A DNA stretch of 64,000 bases from the human T2T-CHM13v2.0 reference genome, Homo sapiens, in the NCBI RefSeq assembly GCF_009914755.1, contig NC_060932.1; one strand, 5' to 3'. The translations under genes were made by a program, and so were the position numbers. The notes beneath the pieces are model-generated. The model was not told the origin of the DNA. It searched no databases and saw nothing but the letters and a program-made list of their open reading frames with translations. Below, piece after piece: positions 40,538 through 54,394 of this stretch (position 1 is its first letter; every line of letters begins with the position of its first letter).

Positions 40538-42502
40538 AATCTGTCGCTTGCCACAGTGCTACGAGTACTGAGTCTTAGCTAGATATTCAAATCCCTCAGT
40601 AATTTGATCCCAAACTGTCTTCCTAACATAAGCACCTATGTGCTTTACATTTTAGATAAATAGAACAGTTTACTTTACTTTTATTCATTCAACAATCTCC
40701 ATTTTGAATGGGTGAAGACAAAACCTTCATTCAGCAAATATTTACTGTGCACCAGCTATGTGCTTAGTATAGAATGCAAACAAAACCAACCCAGGCCCTT
40801 CCCTCACAAAGCTCAGTGGATTTGCAGAAAAAAAAATTGCAGATGTTTAAGAAGTAAATAATTATTGCCATGGAGCTATGTACTGTAAGTGCTGTGGACA
40901 GACCATGATCAATCTAAATGGGTTTTGACATTGATTGACATCCTATCTCCTCATCTCTTTTGTCAGTGAGTTACTTCCAAAGGGCATCCTTGGCACAACC
41001 ATGAGTCTCTAGGAAAGAGCTGAGGGGAAAGAGTGTCTTGTCTCCCTTCGAGAAACTCATCTATCCGGGTCTCCATCTACACATGGGAAAAGGTTCCTGT
41101 CTAAAGGGATCCAGTCAAGAACTCAAGTCATTCATGAGCTTTCCCTTGGGCTTTTCTCACTCTCATTAATTATGTACCTATTTCACTTTTCAAAATACCC
41201 TTGCATTCACTCAGCAAACATTTAAACAGCATACCACCTGTCTTTGCCTGTACCGGAAAGCCATCCTCTGATGTCTGTGTGCCTAAATCCCCTAACTCGA
41301 TGCCATCTCGTGCCGCAACTCTCTCTGATTTTCCCTAAGCCAGATGTGCCTTCTGATCTTCCAGAGCACCTGACTGCGCCTCTCATACAGCCTACCATTT
41401 TCTACTTTGTATTATCTTTATATAGATCTCAACTTTTGAGAAAGAGAGGAGGAGAGAAAACAGGGAGTGGAAGAGGGTAGTGAGGCTTGATGACATAAAG
41501 GACAGTGAGTCAAACCCCTCATGCTTAGTAACATCCCCTGTGTATTCAATATTATCATAAGCAGGATGAGGGTGCAGGGACATTAAGCTGTAGTCACAGT
41601 CTGCAGGAGTCCTCTTGAGAGAAAGGGGGAAAATAGTATTGTAATCTTGTTAGACATGATCTATAAAGAATGTAAGAATACCAAGTTAATTGAGCCACCT
41701 CTAAAATTCATAGAAGATTTGAAGTGGTTAAATATAAATTATGGTATGTGATCCAACTTCATATTTTTAAATTGGACAGTATTGACTTTAAAGTGTTTTT
41801 CTCCAAGTTTTCAAAATAGTCAATGCTGAAATAGCACCCGTCAAAATGTATCCCGTGACTGTTATAACAAGCTTGTCCTAGATACAAGAAAACTAATTGT
41901 GGAGTCTGTTTTTCTCCCTCTTCTATAAATACATTTTAAACAAAGAGTTATGAATTTAATTAAATAAATATTAACACATTCCTTGAAAAAATAAATGTCT
42001 TTCATAAGATTTCAGTCTCTTGGCACCACCTCTTCAATAGCCAGAGCAATAAAGGATTTAATCTCATTCAAAACATGAATTTTTAGTGGTACTGGAGTTT
42101 CTGGAAAGCAGTTATTGCACACCAGCTTGTTGAAGGAATGTCTTTTGCTTAAGAACTTGACTGAGTCTTCTATTGAAAAAGTTTTACACACTTATGTTTG
42201 TGTATTTAGTGGTAAACTGATCTTTTGAACGGTTACATTACAGTCATTTCTTTTCTAAGTCCTGAGGTTAACCAACCTACAAGAACATTGCAAACGTTGA
42301 ATTAGAATCACAGAAACAATCCCATTACAAAGTGAATAATTTTGGATCGGCTAAAAGAACACTTAGAGTCCTAAATTCAAATATTTTCTTTATCACTAGA
42401 TCTGCTTGTTACTTTAGAGCTGAAATTAGATAAAAGAAACCACTTTACAATCTCTTTCTTATGGACCCTCGCCATATTTGGACAACTAGTAGAAGTGACA
42501 TA

Positions 42503-42760
42503 AGGCAGTCTATGGTCTAACAGTTAAGAGTGAGAATTCTGGAGTCACACCAACATGGATTCAAGTCCTGTCTCTGCCACTCAGTGATTGTGTGGCCTTC
42601 AGAGAGTTACTTAATCTGTCCAGGACTCAATTTTCTTAGCTATAAAGTGATGATAATAACTGAACTATATTATAATAATATTGTTAAGATTAAATAAAGA
42701 CATATAGAGTATTTAGCATGGTGCCTGGTATATAGGAAGTGTTCAGTAAATGTTATTTAT
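42503..42760 (+). mobile_element. MIR SINE
   Basis: ggattcaagtcctgtctctgccactca...tagcatggtgcctggtatatagg. Confidence 0.78.
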
Positions 42761-42943
42761 TATTTATCATATTATCATAATTTATTACAGTGTAATGTTA
42801 TTATTTCCATATCATCCATTGTTCATGAGCTAAGCCATCTTTCATTATCCATCTATCTACCTCCTCCCGTCTTGTGAGAGATTCACACCAACAGAAGCTC
42901 TATATGGATGCAGGTCAGTGAGGTGGCTTTGATAGGAAGCAAT

Positions 42944-43137
<194 letters not shown>

Positions 43138-43277
43138 TCAAGGGATGACCTCAATGGAATCTTCTGAGAAAACAAAAATGTACATCATGTTGTCAACCCT
43201 TTTATGAACCCACAGAACTTCAGTGATATACATGTGTCCTCAAATGACTTTTGAGCAATTTAAATTAGAGAATCAGA

Positions 43278-43800
43278 CATTCAAGAAACACATATTAAGT
43301 GCCTACTATGTACTTGTTATGAATAAGAATAATACAGTCTCTCCCTCATGGAATTAATATTCTAGTAGGAGAAACAAACTTGGGACAACTATTTCCTTAT
43401 AATTGTGATTAAATGTTTCAAAGAATGAGAAAGGTTAAGCTAAAAAGGTTAAGCTAAGAAGAATGTCTCCTTTCTGATCCCAGAATGTAGGGGTCAGAGA
43501 AGGCTTCTGTGAGGAAGTAGTGCTTAGACGGAGATCTTAGAGAGGAGCCATCAATAACTTGGCTGTGGAGAAGGCAGTCCTGGCGAGACAAACAGCATGT
43601 GATCAGTCCCTGAAGCTGGAAGGAGTGTGACACATTTGAAAACTGGAAGAAGACCTGTGCAATGAAGCATGGAGGGTGAAGGCAGGAGTGATAGGAAATG
43701 AAGCCAGTGAGGTAGACAGGGACCACATCATGCAAGGGCTGTAGGTTGTCTGTCATTGGGACAATTAATGGAGAGCAAATACTGGCTTGATGCAGCTTCA
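43278..43800 (-). mobile_element. L2 fragment
   Basis: cattcaagaaacacatattaagtgcctactatg...gggtcagagaaggcttctgtgaggaag. Confidence 0.65.
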
Positions 43801-44009
43801 AACTAAGGCAACCAGATATGAAGAATGCTTGCCAGTGGGATAATGGTGTTGAATATAAATTAGAAATTTGTTTATATAAAATAATATAAAATGGAATATC
43901 CTAATTTCAAATATTTTAAGGGAGGTTCAGGTATTTTAGGAAAGAGAAAGGAAATAATTTGTTATAAATGACTTTAAGGTGGAAAGGAGACAAAAATAGC
44001 AAGGATGGG

Positions 44010-44280
44010 TGCTGAGACACAATCCTTCAAGGATATCTCATATTTCTGCACTTTTGCAAGTGAAGCTCTGACACTCTGTATTCTTGGCCATTGTTTCAAG
44101 GATGTTTGTATTTGAACAGCCTAAGAAGATAGAAGCAGAGTCTCCCTCCAGAGCAAGGGGTTACCATGCTTATTGCCCACTAGAAAAGATTAGAGCTCCC
44201 TAATCTCAGGGTTCCTCTCCTTTAATGCAACATACTGCATTCACAGGTGTCAGCTGGGTAGGAACTGGCGCTCAGGGTAC
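44010..44280 (+). mobile_element. LTR40-like (ERVL) LTR 5' part
   Basis: ttcaaggatgtttgta...gaacagcc...gaagatag...gtctccctccagagcaaggg matches recalled LTR40. Confidence 0.65.
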
Positions 44281-44493
44281 GCATATTGAGAGAGAGAGAA
44301 AGCAATTAAGAGGGAAGTCAACATAGCATTGTAAATAAAAGCATAGACTTTGGAATCAGACTATTTGGTCTGAATATTAGCTATGCCACTTATTAAAGGT
44401 TTACTATTTCCTTTCAGGGAATAGAGTAAAAGGACACGCTTCCCAACTTGTTTTATGAATACAGAATAACCTTAACACAAAACCTGTCAAGGA

Positions 44494-44798
44494 GGCCTGG
44501 AGCGGTGTCTCCTGCCTATAATCCTGGCACTTTGGGAGGCTGAGGCAGATGAATTGCTTGAGCTCAGGAGTTCAAGACCAGCCTCAGCAACATGGGGAAA
44601 CCCCAGCTCTACAAAAAAATTTAAAAACACAGCCAGGCATGCTGATGCCTGCCTGTAGTCTCAGCTACTTGGGTGGCTGAGGTGGGAGGATCACCTGGCA
44701 GGTCGAGGCTTCAGGGAGCTGTGATCAAGCCACTGCACTTCCAGCCTGGGTGACAGAATGAGACTCTATCTAAACAACAACAACAACAAAAAAAACCC
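44494..44798 (+). mobile_element. AluJ
   Basis: ttgagctcaggagttcaagaccagcc; (CAA)n tail; TSD acctg(t/c)caagga. Confidence 0.9.
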
Positions 44799-44951
44799 AC
44801 CTGCCAAGGATATTACAAAAAAGAAAAATTATGGATTAATAGATTAATATATTCAGTAAACATACATGCAAAAATCCTGATGAAAATACTACTAAATTGA
44901 ATCTAGATGTATAAAAAATAATTCATAATTATCAAGTTGGACTTATTCTAG

Positions 44952-45301
<350 letters not shown>

Positions 45302-45714
45302 TAATTCAACCTATTAACAAAATAAAGGGAAAGAATCATATATTCACCTAAATAGGTACAGAAAGAACATTGATAAAATGCAATTTCTATTCATGATAAA
45401 AGCTTTCAGCAAACTAGGAATAAGAAGAGAACTTGGGAACCTCCTTAACGTGATACAGGATACCCTCAAAAATTTATAGCAAACATCATAGTTAATGGTA
45501 CAATATTGAAAGCTTTCTCTTTGAGACTGGAAATGAAACAAGGATGTCTGCTATCACCACTAATCAAGATAGTGGTAGATTTTCTAGCCAGTGCAACAAG
45601 GGCAAGAAAAATAATTCAAAGATATGGTATTATATTATAAAGGAATACGCAAATGACATAAGCTATATGGGAAAATTCCAAAAGACTCTATGATAAACAA
45701 TTACTAACTTTTTT

Positions 45715-46218
45715 GGCTAAATATACATATTTAACAGGTCATAGGAAGGGCTATTAATATTTACAAAGTTGGTCCTGACACATGTGTATTAAACAAATAT
45801 GTATGTAACATATGACCCATGTTCATTTTGGGATGGAGACAACATATAAATGTATCATAATTAGATGCTATATGTACACACAGACACTTGAGTGTGTAAT
45901 TTCTGTAAACCAGCCAGCACTTGCCCATGGTTAATGGCCTTTTTATCAGGAGAAATGTACTGAAATCAGTCTCTTGTCTAATTAAAGCTGTAGTTACAGC
46001 TGGTGGAACAGAGAGTAGGGGTCAGTTAGTCAGCTTATCTTGAATCTAGTACCCATTTGGCTACTCATGAAAAAGAAAAGCCTTGTGACAGCTAGAACAT
46101 AACTTTTTAAGTGTAGGAGTGTGCGACTTAACTGTTGCCTGGCATGGTCTCAGGTCCTGTTTATAATTTGGTATCTTATTGTTACAAACAGTCTGTTTTG
46201 TCAGTTTTATGATCTATA
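45715..46218 (-). mobile_element. MER4-group (MER49-like) LTR fragment, probable L1 3'-transduced flank
   Basis: ataatttggtatcttattg...agtctgttttgtcagt...atgatct is an antisense MER4-group motif; both LTR termini missing; lies inside the L1PA7 TSD pair. Confidence 0.7.
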
Positions 46219-47985
46219 TTTTTTATTATACTTTAAGTTCTGAGATACATGTAAAGAATGTGCAGGTTTTTTACATAAGTATACACGTGCCATGGTGGTT
46301 GGCTGCACCCATCAACCCGTCATCTACATTAGGTATTTCTCCTAATGCTATCCCTCCCCTAGCCCCCAACTCTCTGACAGGCCCCAGTGTGTGATGTTCC
46401 CCTCCCTGTGTCCATGTGTTCTCATTGTTCAACTCCCACTTATGAGTGAGAAAATGTGGTGTTTGGTTTTCTGTTCGTGTATTAGTTTGCTGAGGATGAT
46501 GGTTTCCAGCTTCATCCATGTCCCTGCAAATGATATGAACTCATACATTTTAATGGCTGCTTAGTATTCCATGCTGTATATGTGCCACATTTTCTTAATC
46601 CAGTCTATCATTCATGGGCATTTCGGTTCCAAGTCTTTGCTATCGTGAATAGTGCGACAATAAAAATACATGGGCATGTGTCTTTATAGTAGAAAGATTT
46701 ATAATCCTTTGGGTATATACTCAGTAATGGGATTGCTGGATCAAATGGTATTTCTGGTTCTAGATCCTTGAGGAATCGCCAACTGTCTTCCACAATGGTT
46801 GAACTAATTTACACTCCCACCAACAGTGTAAAAGCGTTCTTATTTCTCCACATCCTCTCTGGCATCTGTTGTTTCCTGACTTTTTAATGATCGACATTCT
46901 AACTGAGATGGCATGAGATGGTATCTCATTGTGGTTTTGATTTGCATTTCTCTAATGACCAGTGATGATGAGCTTTTTTTCATATGTTTGTTGGCTGCAT
47001 AAATGTCTTTTTTTTTTTTTTTTTTTTTTTTTTGAGATGGAGTCTCACTCTGTCTCCCAGGCTGGAGGGCAGTGACACAATTTCAGCTCACTCCCCCCGG
47101 GTTCTACCTCCCAGGTTCAAGCGATCCTCCTACCTCATTCTCCTGAGTAGCTGGGACTACAGGTGTGCACCACCACACCTGGCTAATTTTTTGAATTTTT
47201 AGTAGAGACGGGGTTTCCCTGTGTTAGCCGGGATGGTCTCAATCTCCTGACCTTGTGATCCACCTGCCTCGGCCTCCCAAAGTGCTGGGGTCCGCGCCCA
47301 GCCATAAATGTCTTCTTTTGAGAAGTGTCTGTTCATATCCTTTGCCCACTTTTTGATGGGGTTGTTTCTTTCTTGTAAATTTGTTCAAGTTCCTTGTAGA
47401 TTCTGAATATTAGCCCTTTGTCAGATGGATAGATTGCAAAAAGTTTCTCCCATTCTGTAGGTTGCCTGTTCACTTTGATGATAGTTTTTTTTTTTTTTGC
47501 TGTGCAGAAGCTCTTTAGGTTAATTAGATCTCATTTGTCAATTTTGGCTTTTGTTGACACTGCTTTTGGTGTTTTAGTCATGAAGTCTTTGCCTATGCCT
47601 ATGTCCTGAATGGTATTGTCTAGGTTTTCTTCTACGGCTTTTATGGTTTTAGGTCTTAGGTTTAAGTCTTTAATCCATCTTGAGTTAATTTTTGTATAAG
47701 GTGTAAGAAAGTGGTCCTTTCAGTTTTCTGCATATGGCTAGCCAGTTTTCCCAACACCATTTATGAAATAGGGAATCCTTTCCCCATTTCTTGTTTTTGT
47801 CAGGTTTGTCAAATATCAGATGGTTGTAGATGTGTGGCATTATTTCTGAGGCTTCTGTTCTGTTCTGTTGGTCTATATATCTATTTTGATACCAGTACCA
47901 TGCTGTTTTGGTTCCTGTAGCTTTGTAGTATAGTTTGAAGTCAGGTAATGTGATGCCTCCAGCTTGGTTCTTTTTGCTTAGGATT
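46219..47985 (-). mobile_element. L1PA7-like 3' portion
   Basis: ttttattatactttaagttctg...gtgccatggtggttggctgcacccatcaacccgtcatctacattagg; ORF track shows ORF2 C-terminal peptides (EIPFDPAIPLL). Confidence 0.92.
47008..47303 (-). mobile_element. AluSc/Y-like inserted in L1PA7
   Basis: ttagccgggatggtctcaatctcctgaccttgtgatcc; TSD ataaatgtctt; deletion near the Alu 5' end. Confidence 0.9.
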
Positions 47986-48167
47986 AAATAAGAGAGAACA
48001 CAAACAAATGGAAAAACATTCCATGCTCATGGATAGGAAGAATCAATATCATGCAAATGGCCATACTGACCAAAGTAATTTATAGATTTAATGCTATCCC
48101 CTTCAAGGTACCATTACATTTCTTCACAGAAGTAGAAAAATTATTTTAAATTTCACATGAAACCAAA
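47986..48167 (+). mobile_element. inverted 5' segment of the same L1PA7 (twin priming)
   Basis: aaataagagagaacacaaacaaatggaaaaacattccatgctcatggataggaag...catgaaaccaaa; in L1 this lies just upstream of the aatcctaagcaaaaag breakpoint. Confidence 0.88.
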
Positions 48168-50078
48168 CAATTACTTACTAATTTTAATAATTTATCATAG
48201 ATTTGTTTGCTATTTTTTGGTTGCTGGATACAAGGTCAATAAAGAAGTAAATTTTATTTCCACATAGAAGAAACATAGAAAATTTTAAATGTTTTAAAGG
48301 TCTCATATATAATGTCATCAAAAATATCAAACACCTAGGAGAAAATCTAAGTAAAAATGTTTAAACTACACAGAAACTCTAAAACACCATTGAGAAAAAT
48401 TGAAGATCTAAATAAGTAGAATGATACGCCAAGTTCATGCTTTGAAAGACTCAATAATGTAAAGAAGTTAACTCACCCAAATTGATCTATAGATTTTAAT
48501 GTAATTGATATTCCAATAAAAAGCCATTTATGGTTTTTGATGAATTTAGTCTAAAACTCAGATGAAAGGATTCTAGTTTTAGAAATATGGATTAGCCATT
48601 ATTTTTCCATTTCTTCAATTAAGCACAACTAAAAACCCTAGATACTATGTACAAAGCAAACAAGATGACCGAAAGGTGGAGAAGAGAAGACAGAGTGGCT
48701 GGAGACCTCAGGACCCAATTAGCTACAAACTGGTAAGATTCCTGGGTCTTCTTTTTGCCTCATATATCCCAACTGAGTGCTAGAGAAGCCAGCAAGTCAC
48801 AAAAGGTAATGAGCAGAGACAAAAATGAAATAAACAAGCAATAAATAAGTAAATAAATAAATAAATAAATAAAGGCTGATTTCTAGCCTTTGGATAAAGA
48901 AAGAGACAGCCAAGCAAGACAGAAAACTATTAGACAATAACTGTTCTCCTACAATCAAATATCACAGAAGAAACCTATGGCCTCAACCATTTCTCCTCTA
49001 ACACAAATCATATGAAGAGCCTAGACTTTCAAAATATCCAGGTTGTAACAAGACTCTCCAACCTCCCCTCTGCGATGGTGCCAAAGGAAAGTCAAGTGGG
49101 AAACGAGAACTTTCATCTCCTCTGGGTAGTGACAAGAACCTCCCCCCACTGACAGTTCAGTGGAGAACACGTGCAAGTCCAAGCTTTTCACCCCCACTTG
49201 GCAGTAATGATGCCACCTCATCCCAACCCAAGAAGACATAGCATTCCTAAATACATATTACCACACCACAGAGGTGCAAAATATGTGAAGCAAACTGATA
49301 TAACTGAAAGGAGGACTAGACAAATCCACTATGAAGACTATTCAACACCCCTCTCTCAGCAATAGACAGAAGAGAGAAAATAATCAAAGTTATAGAACTC
49401 AACGCCATCAGCCAACAAGATCTAATTGACATTTATAGAATGCTCAATAGAATACATATTCATTTCAAGTTCCCACAGAACATGTATTAGATAAATAATA
49501 TGCTGCTTCACAAAACAAACCTCAACAAATTTGAAAGAATTTAAATCATACAGAGTATGTTCTTCCACCACAATGGACTGAAACTAAAAATCAATAACAG
49601 AACGTGACAGGAAAATTTTCACATATTTGAAAACTAAACAATGAACTTGTACATAATCTATGGGTCAAAAAAGTCTCCACGGAAATTTTTTTTAATCCAT
49701 TGAGTTGAAAGAAAATGAAAATACAACGTATCAGAAATTTCTGGGATGCAATTAAAGCAGTGATGACAGAGAAACTTACATTGCTAAATGCATACATTAA
49801 AAGATTGAGTCAATAGTCTAAATTCCCACCTCAAGAACTTAGAAATAGAAGGGCAAAATAAACTCCAAGCAAGCAGGAGAAAGGAAATAAAAATAAGAGC
49901 AGATACCAATGAAATTGAAAAGAAAATTTCTTGAACAGGAAAAACTACAACTCACTTAATATAAAACTATTTCAATAGCCTAATAACAACTGTAAAAGTT
50001 GAAACTCACAAATAAATGATCTCCAGGCCCAGATAGTTTCACTGGAGAATTCTACCAAACATTTAATAATTAACACCA

Positions 50079-50395
50079 GGTTCAGCCATAATGGCTCACA
50101 TCTATAATCCCAACATTTTGGGAGGCCAAGGGTGAAAGGGTTTCTTGAGCCCAAGAGTTTAAGACCAGCCTAGGCAACACAGGGAGACCTTGTCTCTATA
50201 AATAACAAAAAGTTAAAAATTATCTGGGCATGGTGGCATGTGCCTGTAGCCCCAGCTACTTGTGGGGCTGAGATGAGAGGACCACTTGAGCCCAGTTGGT
50301 GAGGCTGCAGTAAGCCATGTTCACACCACTGCACTCCAGCCCCAGCAACAGAACAAGACCCGATCTCAAAAAAATAAATAAATAAATAAAAATAA
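50079..50395 (+). mobile_element. AluJ
   Basis: Diverged dimeric Alu; (TAAA)n tail; TSD aattaacac(c/t)a. Confidence 0.88.
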
Positions 50396-50449
50396 AAAAT
50401 TAACACTAATTCCACAAAATCTATTCCAAAAAATAAGAGTGAACACTTT

Positions 50450-50843
50450 TGTATCAGTTGAGGTTCTCCAGAAAAACAGAACCAATAGGGACTGTGTGTG
50501 TTGAGGGTGGGGTATTTTAAGGAGCTGGTTGACATGACTGGGAAGCTGGCAAGTCTGAAACCTGTAAGGCATTAAGGCTAGGGGAGAGTTTATGTTGCAT
50601 TCTTGAGTCCTAGGCATTCTGGAGGCAGAATACCTTCTTCTTCTAGGGATCTCAGTCTTTCCTCTTAAGGCCTTCTACTGACTGGATGAGGGAGGCCCAG
50701 CCATGTTATGGAGGATAATCTACTTTACTCAGTCTGCTGATTTAAATGTTAATCACATCTTTAAAAATACCTTCACAGTAACATCTAAACTGATACTGGG
50801 TTCCATAGCCTAGCTAAGAGGACATATAAAATTAACCATCACA
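50450..50843 (-). mobile_element. MLT2 (C/D-like, ERVL) solo LTR
   Basis: tgtatcagttgaggttctccagaaaaacagaaccaatagg...aaaattaaccatcaca. Confidence 0.87.
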
Positions 50844-51350
50844 ATTTCTCAATTCATTGTATGAAACTAGCATTACCTTGATATCTAAACCAGATGAAGC
50901 CAGTACAAACACATATCTGGAGACAAATATGCTTCATGTACAGGCAAAAATCCTTAACAAATGTTAGCAAATAGAATTCGGAAAAATAGAAAATATCACA
51001 TGACCAAATTGAGTTTATTCCGAGGACACAAAGTTGATTCAATATTTGAAAAGCAGTCAATGAAATCTACCATATAATAGGCCAAAGAAAAATTATCATG
51101 ATCATATCAAATTATGAAGTAAAATCATTTGACACCTTTCAACTCCCATTTATAATTGAAAACTTCCAGAAAAAATAGAGAATTTCTTCAAGCCGATAAA
51201 AAGCATCTATCAAACAACTATAATCAACAATATACTTAGTGGTGAATGACAGCATTTCTCCCAAAATTGGAAATAAGGCAGAGGTGTCTTCTTTCAACTC
51301 TCTTATTCAACATTGTGCTGGGATTTTTGCCATTGAAATGAAGCAAGAAG

Positions 51351-51748
<398 letters not shown>

Positions 51749-52519
51749 TCACAGGAAATCTACAAAAAGCACCTAGAACTAGTAAGTTCAGCAAATTTAC
51801 AAGATACACGATCAACATACAAAAATCAATTCTATCTCTGCTTACTAGCAATAAACATGAAAAAATTAAGTGCCATTTACAAAAAATTTTGAATGCTGAG
51901 GTGTAAATCTAACAAAATAGGCACACAACTTGCATGCCGAAAAGTAAAAAACACTGACGGGAGAAATCAAAAAAGATCTAAATAAATGGAGAGACATACT
52001 GTGTCCATGGATTGGAGGACTCAACATAGTAAGGATGTCAATTCTCCCCAAACTGTTATACACGTTTAATATAATTTCTATAAAAATTTAACCAGGATAT
52101 TTTATAGCAATAGACAAAATTATTCTAAAATATATATGGAAAAACAAAGGATCTAAAATAGCTAAGACAATTTTAATAAAGAAGAATAAACTGGAAAGAA
52201 CCACTTTCCCTGGTCTCAAGATGTATGACATAGCTACAGTAATCAAGACTATGTGGCACTGACAGGATATACACAGATCAAAGGAACAGAACCCCACATG
52301 AGTGCTGTCAACTGATTTTTGACAAAGATGCAAAAGCAATTCAATGGGGAAAGAATAGTGTTTTCAACAAATGATCCTGGTACAATCAGACATCCAGAGG
52401 GGGAAAAAAAGAATCTTGATCTAAACTTCACATATTATAGAAAAGTTAACTCATAACAAATCACAGATTTAAATGTAAAGTATAACACTGTAAATTTTTT
52501 GAAGAAAACATAGGATGCT

Positions 52520-52742
52520 TGCAACATGGTGACTACCGTTAATAACAACCTATTGTATTCTTGAAAAATGCCAACAAAAGAGTAGATTTTAAGTGTTCTG
52601 ACCACAAAAAAATGACAAGTATATGAGGTAATGCATATGTTCATTAGCTCAATTTAACCATTCCACAATGTGTAAAAATTTCAAAGCATGTTGTATACAA
52701 TAAATATACACAATTTGTATTTGTCAATTAAAACTTAATTTT
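52520..52742 (+). mobile_element. L1MA 3' end
   Basis: catggtgactaccgttaataacaacctattgtattcttgaaaa...gagtagattttaagtgttc...tttgtcaattaaaa. Confidence 0.85.
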
Positions 52743-54370
52743 AAACCCTGGTAATGACCGTGGGTTCTAGGGAGTAGGAAAATTGCCTTCCTAGGAAGTG
52801 AAGTAGGCACTTGACCAGTAGGAAGAGGATCACAATTGTCATAATGAGTACTACTGGGGTTTGGAATCCTGTGCAGAGTCATTGGCTCTATACAGAACAG
52901 ATCTGCAGTTTCCAGGACTATTGGTATGTATGTTTTTGAATACTTGTATAACATTATGCATTGCTGTAAGGTCAATTTTTATTTCCTTGAGGAGCTGTTG
53001 CACTTGCCCAGTATTGATCCACATACAAGAAGTTCCCTGCAATGAGCATACTCCTCCTTGGGCAGCTAATAAGTACTCTAAGGCTAGGTGATTGTCTAAT
53101 ACCATTTGGGCTAGAAAGTCTTGTCTCTGAGTTAAGAGGTATAGGGCTTGGAATGCTTTGTGCATGTACGAGGATAGGGCCAGGGCCATTTGCTTGTTGG
53201 TGGTAATGGTATCCAGTGCTATGTGTGGGGCGCCCAGTATGGTCATGGTCCACATGGACAAGCAGATCAGGAAGGGAGCTTTATTCAGTGGAAGGTTGGA
53301 TTTTAGGGTAGTTTATGGAAACTTATAAGTAGGCCTGAAACACCTCGTGTGTACTTACAGGGGGTGAAGTAATACAGGTAAGGAAGCAGAGTATATAGTA
53401 TAGATGCTGCCCTTCTTTGGACCATAAGAGACCATTGTCATCGTATTAGAAGGCTAAAAACAGACAGTTCCCTAGCCACAGATAATTTATGTGCTGATAT
53501 GAAGTGAGCATGAGCTACATTACTCACTTGTAAGGGCAGAAAAGGATGATATAAACATCACATCCCTGTCTTGTCTAAATACATGATGCACATAGATCTT
53601 GGCTGCAAAAAATTGGGCTGTGCTGTGGCAGCATGGAACAGGATGAGAGGCTTAGGATGGAACATGTATCCCCATCTAACAAAGGACCAGGTGGCTTGCA
53701 GGCTACGCAATACTCTGTGGTATAGGCCTGTGCAGCAGGGGTCTCTAGGAGAGGGCTTTTATGGCAGGTCTAGCAGTTCAGGGATTGCAGCGTCTGGGCT
53801 GAAATTTCCATGAGATGATATGCACCCAATAGGTGGTAAAAGCCTGGTGCATGTGAGGAAAAGGGGGGACTGTCTGTATGATGTTCTGGGAGGTTTCAGA
53901 CATCCCCTTATAGTTGTAGGGTGCCAGGCAGATATCACTGTGCTGAGGGAGACCTAAAGTTAGTGTTAGAATGGCGTCGCTGGACCCAACAAATAGCAGT
54001 TCCCCCATATGTTTAGGAGGGCGCAAAGGATTGGGATATCCTGAATGTGGCCCTTTAGGCAGAGAACAGGGCCTCAGGGGAAGGAGCAAGAGTTAGTTAG
54101 CAAGCAGTGTTTGTTGACCCAGTATGCCTCTAGATGGCTCAGTGTCGTGTTACACTCATGTGGGTTTTGACCCACTATTTGGCAGAAGACCTGTATGTGA
54201 GGCGAAGCTGGATTTGAGGTTAGACATACTACATATTCCAGGAGAAATAAAGAATCCAAGATATCAAACTCGTAGAATGACCCACCGTTAGAGTCCAGGG
54301 CAGTGGTTGCTATAGCACGCAGACTGGCTGGGGCAGCAGGAGCAGGAGGCAGGCTGAAGAAGCCAGCCAT
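52741..54370 (-). pseudogene. env: retroviral env remnant (degraded SU; TM ectodomain open 136 codons; frameshifted membrane anchor)
   Basis: ORF 52851-53261: LAQMVLDNHLALEYLLAAQGGVCSLQGTSC (immunosuppressive domain plus CX6C); another frame gives VVLIMTIVILFLLVKCLL at ~52801-52855 with stop at 52741-52743. Confidence 0.85.
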
Positions 54371-54394
54371 GACCCACAGGGTGAGGATGATGTG

